The translations under genes and the position numbers were made by a program. 64,000 nucleotides of DNA from Bacteroidota bacterium. GTDB taxonomy: Bacteria > Bacteroidota > Ignavibacteria > Palsa-1295. The stretch lies in contig JAUZNX010000014.1 in NCBI GenBank assembly GCA_030706745.1, positions 9,527-73,526 of the forward strand, written 5' to 3'. Below are positions 27,632 through 35,830 of the stretch, piece by piece (the first letter of the stretch is position 1; every line of letters starts with the position of its first letter). Under the pieces are notes generated by a model, which saw nothing but the letters and a program-made list of their open reading frames with translations, was not told the origin of the DNA and ran no database searches.

Positions 27632-27677
27632 GGGCTGTCACGGTTAGGCTATATCGCCTAACCGTGACACAATGCCC
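27632..27677. repeat. Near-perfect palindrome (13-bp arms GTCACGGTTAGGC around a TATATC loop, extended by GGGC/GCCC)
   Basis: The sequence reads GGGCTGTCACGGTTAGGCTATATCGCCTAACCGTGACACAATGCCC. It lies between the Ser/Thr-rich gene and the cupin gene, with no T-run. Confidence 0.5.
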
Positions 27678-27861
27678 GTCTCGGTCATTGCCGAGGCGGG
27701 TTGCCTGCCAATAGATTGGAGTATTGGATAGATATGCTAATAATAACAATCATACTGTAATGACACAACACTCTCGGAGCGATAGACATACAACTCCTCA
27801 AGCGCCATCGTCGAATGGCATTCCGAGAGTTGAACGCGAACAATTAGAGCCGTCAAAGGGA

Positions 27862-28167
27862 ATGATCATGGTGGAAATCATCGAATATGTACCGAATGCA
27901 ATCCTGAGTAAAACAATTATTAAGAAATCGACGGGCAATATCAGCATCATGTCGTTCGATACGGGCGAGGGCTTGACAGAGAAGACATCTCCGTTCGATA
28001 CCTTTGCGCAAATCATCGATGGAAAGGCGGAAATTGTTATCGACGGTGTTTCGACCTTACTCGAAACTGGCCACGGCATCATTCTGCCGGCGCATCTGCC
28101 GAACATATTCCGAGCGAACGAACGGTTTAAAATGATCCTGACCGTTATCAAAAGCGGCTATGAATAG
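27862..28167 (+). CDS. Cupin-domain protein (~100 aa)
   Basis: The beta-barrel pattern ...SIMSFDTGEGLTEKTSPFDTFAQIIDGKAEIVIDG...GHGIILPA is typical of cupins. Confidence 0.65.
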   Translation: MIMVEIIEYVPNAILSKTIIKKSTGNISIMSFDTGEGLTEKTSPFDTFAQIIDGKAEIVIDGVSTLLETGHGIILPAHLPNIFRANERFKMILTVIKSGYE

Positions 28168-28210
28168 GCCGCGCATAATCTTTTCAACAATCACTTTTTA
28201 CTAACAGCAT

Positions 28211-28366
28211 ATGGGAAGTCTTTTATATCTTGTTGCCGTAATCCTGATCCTCGCCTGGGCGATCGGATTCATTGGCTTCGGTGCCGGTGGGCTGATTCAC
28301 ATCCTGCTCGTCATCGCAATCATTGCCATTCTGATGCGCATCATCAGTGGCCGTCGGGTTCTCTGA
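28211..28366 (+). CDS. Small 51-aa two-TM membrane protein (lmo0937/DUF5670-like). It is not in the ORF track because it is under 60 aa.
   Basis: The product is MGSLLYLVAVILILAWAIGFIGFGAGGLIHILLVIAIIAILMRIISGRRVL. Its stop overlaps the next start as TGATG. Confidence 0.6.
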   Translation: MGSLLYLVAVILILAWAIGFIGFGAGGLIHILLVIAIIAILMRIISGRRVL

Positions 28367-28650
28367 TGGCCATTCCATTTGATACTAAGAATATGTCACA
28401 CAATAACAACAGCCATCTATTATTCGGACTCATCGCTGGTGCAACGCTCGGCGCGGTTGCAGGCATGTTGTTCTCCCCACACAAGGGAAGCGTGTCGCGA
28501 AGAATTATTCTCCGCAAGGGAGAAGACCTCGCCGATGTGGCACTCGAGACGATCGAGGACCGCATCGAAAAGCTTGGCGACGCACTGAACAAGCATCTTG
28601 AGACATTCACGTCCGATCTGAAATCCCGTTATCGCGAAGTGTGCGGGTGA
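28366..28650 (+). CDS. YtxH-domain (general-stress) protein
   Basis: LLFGLIAGATLGAVAGMLFSPHKGSVSRR is the YtxH signature, followed by a C-terminal helical region. Confidence 0.7.
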   Translation: MAIPFDTKNMSHNNNSHLLFGLIAGATLGAVAGMLFSPHKGSVSRRIILRKGEDLADVALETIEDRIEKLGDALNKHLETFTSDLKSRYREVCG

Positions 28651-28938
28651 AAGCCGCTTCTCGTAAACAGAGCCAATGTCACCATTCGATAGCCCCATTG
28701 GGGCTATCATGCGTTTTGCCGAATCTACGAAGCATTCATATTCCACAACGCTCTCTCCTCTAATGGTCTAATACTCGCAAGAGCGTCGAGAATGCGATCC
28801 CTGGTCGAGAATGCATTCCCTGATGTAACAGGCCCTAATAAACCACAGTATTTGCATTAGGCACGACTATTGCCTCATCACCGAACATGAAGAGCAGCAT
28901 CACGACCGTAATTGGTCATTTCTGGGTCCGCAGCCGCG

Positions 28939-28978
28939 AATGTGTGAATGATGTAACATATACCCAGAGGAGTGTAAC
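28939..28978 (+). promoter_or_regulatory. Conserved 40-bp cis element, copy 4
   Basis: The sequence is AATGTGTGAATGATGTAACATATACCCAGAGGAGTGTAAC. It is the nearest element upstream of the OmpA-family gene (~245 bp). Confidence 0.55.
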
Positions 28979-29224
28979 ACTTTTTGTCTGCCCACTTCGT
29001 AGCTTTGTATCAGAGAGCAGCAACAGTATCTGCTTCTTACACGAAAGACATTGTTCGAGTAGAACCGACGTGAATTAACTGGATGATCAGTCATTCAGCG
29101 TCCAGTCCCTTCGACTTCCGCGAGGCCTTATTTGTAAGCCGCCGTCCTCTGTGAGTGACGGGTAACTCACCTGCACGATTATTTGCCGTGCATGTACTAC
29201 ACTTTTTTTTTACACAATCTAATC

Positions 29225-30451
29225 ATGAAGAATCTAATAAATCGCAGCCTCGCGCTGCTCACTTTGGGTATTATCGGAATCGCAGGATTGAGCCAAACGA
29301 CTCGTGCACAGGATGTCGCTGGCAGAATTGCATTTGGTATCGATGCCGGCGGCAATAAATACTATGGCAACTATACAGATAATCAATTTGCCTTTCATGG
29401 TGATGCGTTTATCCGCTGGAATATCTTCGATTGGTTGTCGTTGCATGCAGCATATAACGGCGGACAGTTGAAGTACAAAGCATCGACGGCGTCGATTGCG
29501 AATGAGGCCGCCCTCTTCCCGAACAGCACTGCCAGCACTGGTACGCTGGGCACCGTCAACCACACTCGGGTCGGAGGATGGGACATCATGGCATCGTACA
29601 ATGTCTTCCCGGATCAGACATTCGTACCCTACGTCATTGCCGGTGTCGAAGCACTGAACTTCGAGCCGAATGATGCGAATGATGCCAACCTGAGAGGCAA
29701 CGCCTCAGCCGCATACAGCAAGAATGTAATTGGTGGCGTGATGGGCGTTGGATTCGAAATGTTCATTTCGCCCAAGGTTACGTTCAACGGCAAGGGCTTG
29801 CTTCATCTAACGGGCACCGATTGGATCGACGACTATTCCAATCCGAATGATTACCGTCAGGATGCATTCGTGACCATGGGTCTCGGATTCAGTTATTACA
29901 TTTTCGCACCTGATGTGGAAGCCGCTCCGGCCCAGGCGGAAGTATCAGAGCGGACGATCATCCATGATATCACAGAAAAGACCGTCTATCACACCGATAC
30001 GATCTTCGTCAAGGACCCGACCGATACCGTCTACATCTCGAATCCAAAGATCAACACGGTCTTCAATTTCCCGGGCACGCTCTTTATCGTGAATACCGAT
30101 CAATTCAATACCGCCGAGCCGAACAATATGGCCAATCTTTACCAGATCAAGCGACTGGTCGAGCAATGCCCAAATCTGAAAGTGGAGATTCAAGGCTTTG
30201 CGAGTGAAGAAGGTACCACGCAGCACAATCAAGAGCTTTCCGAGCGCCGCGCCGCTCGCATCAAGAGCTGGCTCATCGAGCAAGGTGTCAACTCGAATAA
30301 GGTGACACGAACGGTGGGATTCGGAGAGACCAACAATGCAGTCCGCGAACGCTCTGATGTTTCCGCAAAGACCCTTGAAGCCGAGCGTACACAGAACCGA
30401 CGAATTGCAGTGAAGGTCGTTCAGGCCTGCAGCGACGAATCGTCGCGCTAA
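29225..30451 (+). CDS. OmpA-family outer-membrane protein (N-terminal beta-barrel plus C-terminal OmpA peptidoglycan-binding domain)
   Basis: The signal peptide is MKNLINRSLALLTLGIIGIAGLSQTTRAQ. The C-terminal motif is NTAEPNNMANLYQIKRLVEQCPNLKVEIQGFASEEGTTQHNQELSERRAARIKSWL. Confidence 0.8.
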   Translation: MKNLINRSLALLTLGIIGIAGLSQTTRAQDVAGRIAFGIDAGGNKYYGNYTDNQFAFHGDAFIRWNIFDWLSLHAAYNGGQLKYKASTASIANEAALFPNSTASTGTLGTVNHTRVGGWDIMASYNVFPDQTFVPYVIAGVEALNFEPNDANDANLRGNASAAYSKNVIGGVMGVGFEMFISPKVTFNGKGLLHLTGTDWIDDYSNPNDYRQDAFVTMGLGFSYYIFAPDVEAAPAQAEVSERTIIHDITEKTVYHTDTIFVKDPTDTVYISNPKINTVFNFPGTLFIVNTDQFNTAEPNNMANLYQIKRLVEQCPNLKVEIQGFASEEGTTQHNQELSERRAARIKSWLIEQGVNSNKVTRTVGFGETNNAVRERSDVSAKTLEAERTQNRRIAVKVVQACSDESSR

Positions 30452-30484
30452 GAACAACAACTCATCATACAAGGAATTATGAAC

Positions 30485-33214
30485 ATGAAAGACTATACAA
30501 CGTTACGAATGAGAGGGGTATGCGCTATCGCATGCCTCTCCATTCTCTTCTACTTTAGTACGCAAGCCATTGGGCAATTGCGTCCGAATCTTGGCACAGC
30601 ATCGACCTACGCCATATTCACGGGCGGCGGAGCGATTAACGTCGCCACTGGCGACACAGCTGTTCTGACGGGCGATGTCGGTCAGGATGGCGCGTATGCC
30701 TTCAATGGGTTTCCTCCGAGTACTTATACCGGCACGTTGAATCAAAACAACAGCGCATCGGCACTCGCGAAACAAGATCTGATTAGCGCTCAGACGGCCG
30801 ACGGTCTCGTGGCCTGCGGTACGGTGCTCAGCACCACTGTCGTGGACGGACAATCGTTCGATCCTGGCGTCTATTGCTCTGGAGGTGCTACGACGACCGT
30901 CGGGAACATAACATTCAATGCGCATGGCGATGGGACCGCCATCTTTATCGTCAAGATCGGCGGTGCGTTGACCGCGCACTCGACCACGCATATCTTGCTG
31001 TCGAACAACGCGCGCGCGGCCAACATCTATTGGTTCGTCAATGGCCAGGTAACGGTAGCCGATAGCTCGAGCTTCACGGGGACGATTATCGCGAACGGCG
31101 CAATTTCGTTCGCTGGTAAGTCCTCACTCAATGGCAGGGCACTCGTTGCTCCCTTGGGCGCGATTAACTTAGCGGCAAACCACATGTCGATCTCGACCGA
31201 TACGGGTTCGACGGTGAACAATCTTACCGTTGTAAAACCCGCCTCGGGAGATTCAATCCTAAGAAACACGCTCAACGATACGATCCGTTGGACGGGAACA
31301 GGCATCGCACGGGTGAAGACGCTGCAATACTCACTCGACAGCGGGCGAACCTGGAGCACGATTGCTACCATCACGACCGATTCGTTGATGTATCTTTGGC
31401 ACGTTCCAGATACGACCTCGACGAAAGCAATGGTTCGCGTCACCGACACGAACAACTTAAGAGGTGAGAGCAGAATTTTTAAGATCATATCGAATCAGAT
31501 CACCGTCACCCATCCTGCGCTTGCGGAAGTGATCACGGGCGGTACACAAAACTACCAAGTAACCTGGACCGGCACGGGACTTACCAAAAAGAAGATCTTC
31601 GAATATTCGCTCGATAGCGGTCTGACATGGAAGACCATCGGCACCATCTCCGCTGATACATTCGCGTATCGCTGGAATGTTCCGGATACGGCCTCGAAGC
31701 GTGCGATGGTACGCATCACCGATTCGCTTGGGGTTACCGGCAAGAGTGGCCTCTTTACGATCGGATCGAGCAGAATCACCGTGCTGCATCCTGCTTCCGG
31801 AGAGATACTCGCAAGTGGAACACTGAATTACCAGATCACCTGGAGCGGCACGGGACTGACCGCTCGAAAGACGTTTGAGCTATCGCTCGATGGCGGCCTC
31901 ACGTGGAAATTGATCGGCACGCTAACGGCGGATGTGTTCAACTACTATTGGCGCGTTCCGGACACGGCATCGACAATGGCTGTGATTCGCATTACCGATT
32001 CAAATGGTATCTCAGGAAAGAGCAGCATATTTGCGATTCAATCCACCAAGACTCTCATAGTCGTCCGTCCCGTCGCTGGCGAGGTAGTCGCCTCGGGAAT
32101 GCAAGGATATCAGATTACTTGGGCCGGCAACGGACTCACGGCGCAGAAGTCGTTCGAGCTATCGCTCGATGGCGGACTGACCTGGGTATCGATTGGCAGC
32201 ATCTCGGCGGATGTCTTTACCTATTCCTGGAATGTTCCGGATACAGTCTCTTCACAGGCCGTAATCCGTATCACGAACAATAACGGCACAACGTCCGTCT
32301 CCGGTGTGAGCGGGGTCTTTTCGATCCGTCGCAATGTCGGTAGTATTGTCGTCACACATCCAGTTGCCGGAGAAGTCGTCGATGGCGGCTATGTGAACTT
32401 CCCGATTAACTTCACCGCGACGAACGTCACAGCACAAAAGACCTTCGAGTATTCACTCAATGGTGGTGCAACGTGGAGTTTGATTGGCATCATGAACTCG
32501 GACGGACAGAGCTACGCATGGGCGAGCGTGCCTAATGTCGCCACGACGCAAGCACTCGTTCGCATTCGGGATGCCAATGGCATCACCGGAATCAGTGGCC
32601 TCTTCACAATTTCCGTAAAACCGAATATTGGCACGATCAACGAAGTTATTTTGAGTGGGCTCGACAACGCACAAAACATCGGCAACCGTCGTCAGTTGGG
32701 AATTTCCTGGACCTATACGCCCGATATCGGGACATCCGTCGAGGTCGAATACTCGCTCGATTATATGGTCACCTGGAGCCACATTGCAACAGTACCGGTT
32801 ACGGAATCTCCGAACTCCACCGCATGGCTGACCACCGCGTCTGGATATTACAATCCAGTGTTCATTCGCGTCACCAGTTCACTGGGTATGACGAGACTTT
32901 CATCTGCATTCTCGATCGGATCGAGTGCTTCGGTCGCTTCCGAGGCTTCCAAGAATGGATACTCTGTTTCGAACTACCCCAACCCGGCCAGCAGCCAGAC
33001 GACGATCAAGTTGATCCTTCCGGTGCCCAGCGACGTCACGTTGACATTGCTTGACGCACTCGGAAGAGAAGTCGATATGATTGCTTCGGGGCATTTGGGT
33101 GCCGGTTCGGTTGAGATTCCTTTCATTACCGATAAGCTGCTCGCAGGCAACTACATCTATGTATTGCAGGCTGGAGCGACAAGACTCGTCGGTCATCTTA
33201 CTTTAATCAAGTGA
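30485..33214 (+). CDS. Secreted adhesin-like protein with an N-terminal DUF3494 ice-binding-like domain, six ~95-aa tandem beta-sandwich repeats and a T9SS C-terminal sorting domain
   Basis: LGTASTYAIFTGGGAINVATGDTAVLTGDVG matches the IBP/DUF3494 start. The repeats carry Y.W.VPDT.S..A.VRITD. The CTD is NYPNPASSQTTIKL...LLAGNYIYVLQAG. Confidence 0.65.
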   Translation: MKDYTTLRMRGVCAIACLSILFYFSTQAIGQLRPNLGTASTYAIFTGGGAINVATGDTAVLTGDVGQDGAYAFNGFPPSTYTGTLNQNNSASALAKQDLISAQTADGLVACGTVLSTTVVDGQSFDPGVYCSGGATTTVGNITFNAHGDGTAIFIVKIGGALTAHSTTHILLSNNARAANIYWFVNGQVTVADSSSFTGTIIANGAISFAGKSSLNGRALVAPLGAINLAANHMSISTDTGSTVNNLTVVKPASGDSILRNTLNDTIRWTGTGIARVKTLQYSLDSGRTWSTIATITTDSLMYLWHVPDTTSTKAMVRVTDTNNLRGESRIFKIISNQITVTHPALAEVITGGTQNYQVTWTGTGLTKKKIFEYSLDSGLTWKTIGTISADTFAYRWNVPDTASKRAMVRITDSLGVTGKSGLFTIGSSRITVLHPASGEILASGTLNYQITWSGTGLTARKTFELSLDGGLTWKLIGTLTADVFNYYWRVPDTASTMAVIRITDSNGISGKSSIFAIQSTKTLIVVRPVAGEVVASGMQGYQITWAGNGLTAQKSFELSLDGGLTWVSIGSISADVFTYSWNVPDTVSSQAVIRITNNNGTTSVSGVSGVFSIRRNVGSIVVTHPVAGEVVDGGYVNFPINFTATNVTAQKTFEYSLNGGATWSLIGIMNSDGQSYAWASVPNVATTQALVRIRDANGITGISGLFTISVKPNIGTINEVILSGLDNAQNIGNRRQLGISWTYTPDIGTSVEVEYSLDYMVTWSHIATVPVTESPNSTAWLTTASGYYNPVFIRVTSSLGMTRLSSAFSIGSSASVASEASKNGYSVSNYPNPASSQTTIKLILPVPSDVTLTLLDALGREVDMIASGHLGAGSVEIPFITDKLLAGNYIYVLQAGATRLVGHLTLIK

Positions 33215-33477
33215 GCGCTTGCGAAGTGCAACAAGCATTATGAACGCCTATTAGGCGACGCATCACTACTTGTTGCTGTTATCCCGCTGCAGAAGGACTG
33301 GGAAGCTACTCTTCATCAGCCAGTCATAGTCGCCCGATAACCTCAACAGGATGATATCGAACGCTCCGCACACAACGCGGAGCGTTCCCCGGTGATGGCA
33401 AGCCTGCGTTTTCAGAATACGTCTTCGGGCAGAGGTCCGGACAAACCAGTAACATTCGATTCATTATCTTACGCGCT

Positions 33478-34773
33478 TTGCCTCAGTATTTTATGTCACC
33501 ATCATGGCAGGCTGCCCCGCTTCCAATTCTACCTGAAGGCAAACGCCACAGCCTCTTCACGATTGCGTTCAAGTTTTTCCCGACGACCTTCCTGGTCAAG
33601 GCGATCGGTATTACACTGACGTCTTCGCTGTTCATCTACAATTACCTACTAAATAATCACGTTGATTCCATCGTGACCCGCGCGCTGCTCACTGCGGCGA
33701 TTGTTGTGGCGGCTCCGACGATTGCGCTCTACCTCATCACCCTGGCGCGCGCCCCGCGAATCCGAAAACGCGAAGAACGTGAAGCGCTACACTTGCAACA
33801 CATCGCACATGGCGACTTAGAGGCCCTCCAGGCGAAGGAGCAAAAGGAGGCGAACGAGATCGTGCGACTCGAACAGGTCGCTTCCAGGGTCTTAAAGGCA
33901 AGTACGGTCAAGGACCAGAAGGAGAACGATCGGTGGGATTTGTTAAACGAATCCCTCCGCCTGCAGAAAGAAACGGTCGAGTTGGCGACAGAAGAAAGAC
34001 TTCTCGTTGCACAGCAGGTCAAAGAAATCAAAGAGGAAGGTGAAGTAATCCGGAAGGGATTGGTCTCGGATGATTTGGAAGCGCGGCACAAGAAGGACTT
34101 AAAAGAAGATAAGCGCTGGGATGTGCTCACCGAATCGCTCCGCATTCAACGGGAGACTGTGGAATTAGCATCAGAAGAGAGGCTTTTGGTTGCCCAGCAA
34201 GTTAAGGATGTCAAGGATGAGCGAGAGATTGTACGTATTGGCTTAGCCCTGGACGACCTGAAAGCCAGAGACGTGAAGGATCGCAAAGAAGACGAACGGT
34301 GGGAGTTGTTGAACGAGTCACTCCGGCTGCAGAAGAAGACTGTTGATTTGGCCTCGGAGGAGCGACTCCTTGTCGCCAAGCAGGTCAAAGACATCAAGGA
34401 CGAGGGCGAGGTCATGAGAAAGGGATTAGTGTCCGATGACTTGGAGGCCCGACACATCAAGGAGGAAAAAGAAGAGAAGCGTTGGAACGCGCTCTACGAA
34501 CGCCTGCGGATTCAGGACGAACGAAATGAGGAACGGGAACAACGGCAACTACGCCGAGATGAAGAACAGACTCGGATTCGGCATGAGGAAGAACTCAAGG
34601 ACAAATATCGAACGCTCTTCGACCGATACCTGAGAAATTCTTCGGGGGACACTTTGAATCGGGACGTTGCCGATGGGTTGGCGCCGATCCCGGACGATTG
34701 GCTCAACAAGCAGCCGGAAATACTCAAGAATCCGGCGCTGCTGCGATTACTTGATCCCTACAATGGACAGTAA
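33478..34773 (+). CDS. Membrane-anchored coiled-coil protein with four tandem ~51-aa repeats
   Basis: It has two N-terminal TM segments, then four copies of KE(N/D)xRWxLLNESLRLQKETVELA(T/S)EERLLVAQQVK(E/D)(I/V)K(E/D)EGEV(I/M)RKGLVSDDLEARH. Confidence 0.6.
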   Translation: MPQYFMSPSWQAAPLPILPEGKRHSLFTIAFKFFPTTFLVKAIGITLTSSLFIYNYLLNNHVDSIVTRALLTAAIVVAAPTIALYLITLARAPRIRKREEREALHLQHIAHGDLEALQAKEQKEANEIVRLEQVASRVLKASTVKDQKENDRWDLLNESLRLQKETVELATEERLLVAQQVKEIKEEGEVIRKGLVSDDLEARHKKDLKEDKRWDVLTESLRIQRETVELASEERLLVAQQVKDVKDEREIVRIGLALDDLKARDVKDRKEDERWELLNESLRLQKKTVDLASEERLLVAKQVKDIKDEGEVMRKGLVSDDLEARHIKEEKEEKRWNALYERLRIQDERNEEREQRQLRRDEEQTRIRHEEELKDKYRTLFDRYLRNSSGDTLNRDVADGLAPIPDDWLNKQPEILKNPALLRLLDPYNGQ

Positions 34774-34814
34774 CCCTCCTGTACATTTATACACGACAAT
34801 TTTAGACGCTAACA

Positions 34815-35288
34815 ATGATGCCGAACCCTCTGATTCTTATCCTGGCCGACGATGACAAAGACGATTGCCTCTTCTTCACAGACGCGTTAGGAGAGTTGCC
34901 GGTAACGGCGAACCTCACGACTGTGCATAATGGCGAGCAGCTCATGCAGCTTCTTGCCGATGAGACGGTCGCGCCTCCGCCCCCACACGTTCTGTTCCTC
35001 GATCTGAATATGCCCCGCAAGAATGGCTTTGAATGCCTGGCGGAGATCAAAAGCGACGAACGATTGAGGCAACTTCCCGTCATTATCTTTTCAACCTCAT
35101 TTGAGCAGGACGTCGTGAATTTGCTCTATAAGAAGGGTGCGCACTACTATATCCGAAAGCCAGCCGAATTTGCATTACTTAAAAAAGTAATTTATCAGGC
35201 GCTGCTTCTGGCAACGGAAAATACATCGTTGCAGCCGGCGCAAGAGCACTTTGTTCTCAAAGGAGATTCGGAGGCCGTTCAAATATGA
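34815..35288 (+). CDS. Stand-alone response-regulator receiver (CheY-like) protein
   Basis: ILILADDDKDDCLFF...LFLDLNMPRKNG...VIIFSTS are receiver-domain signatures. Confidence 0.8.
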   Translation: MMPNPLILILADDDKDDCLFFTDALGELPVTANLTTVHNGEQLMQLLADETVAPPPPHVLFLDLNMPRKNGFECLAEIKSDERLRQLPVIIFSTSFEQDVVNLLYKKGAHYYIRKPAEFALLKKVIYQALLLATENTSLQPAQEHFVLKGDSEAVQI

Positions 35289-35830
35289 ATAAAACACCAA
35301 GTATGATGCTCACTACACAAGTTTCTGTTGCCAAGAGTGGCGCGTCGGCCATACCGGGGGCCGCGAACCGAAGTTCGATTCTTCTTGCCGATGACGACAG
35401 GGACGATTGCAACTTTTTTAAGGATGCGTTGGACGAACTGCCGGTAACAGCAGCCCTGACAACCGTGCGTGATGGCGAGCAACTCATGAAGGTACTTGCA
35501 GAAGTAGCCATCGCGCCGCCGTCGCCTTATGTGTTGTTTTTGGATCTTAACATGCCACGGAAGAATGGCTATGACTGTCTGGCGGAGATAAAGCTTGACG
35601 AACGATTACGGCGCATTCCGGTCATTATTTTTTCCACATCCTATGATCCGCGTGTCGTCGACTTGCTCTACACCGTGGGAGCCGACTATTACATTCGGAA
35701 ACCCGCCGACTTTGCGGAACTCAAGAAGGTCATTTATCAAGCGCTGGTGCTTGCGACAAAGGGATACTCTTCGCAGCCGCTGAAAGAGGATTTCGTTCTC
35801 AAGGGAGAATTAGGAACGATACAACAATGA
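35285..35830 (+). CDS. Stand-alone response-regulator receiver protein, a tandem paralogue of the upstream receiver
   Basis: ILLADDDRDDCNFF...LFLDLNMPRKNG is present. It is ~60% identical to the upstream receiver and overlaps it by 4 nt. Confidence 0.8.
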   Translation: MNKTPSMMLTTQVSVAKSGASAIPGAANRSSILLADDDRDDCNFFKDALDELPVTAALTTVRDGEQLMKVLAEVAIAPPSPYVLFLDLNMPRKNGYDCLAEIKLDERLRRIPVIIFSTSYDPRVVDLLYTVGADYYIRKPADFAELKKVIYQALVLATKGYSSQPLKEDFVLKGELGTIQQ

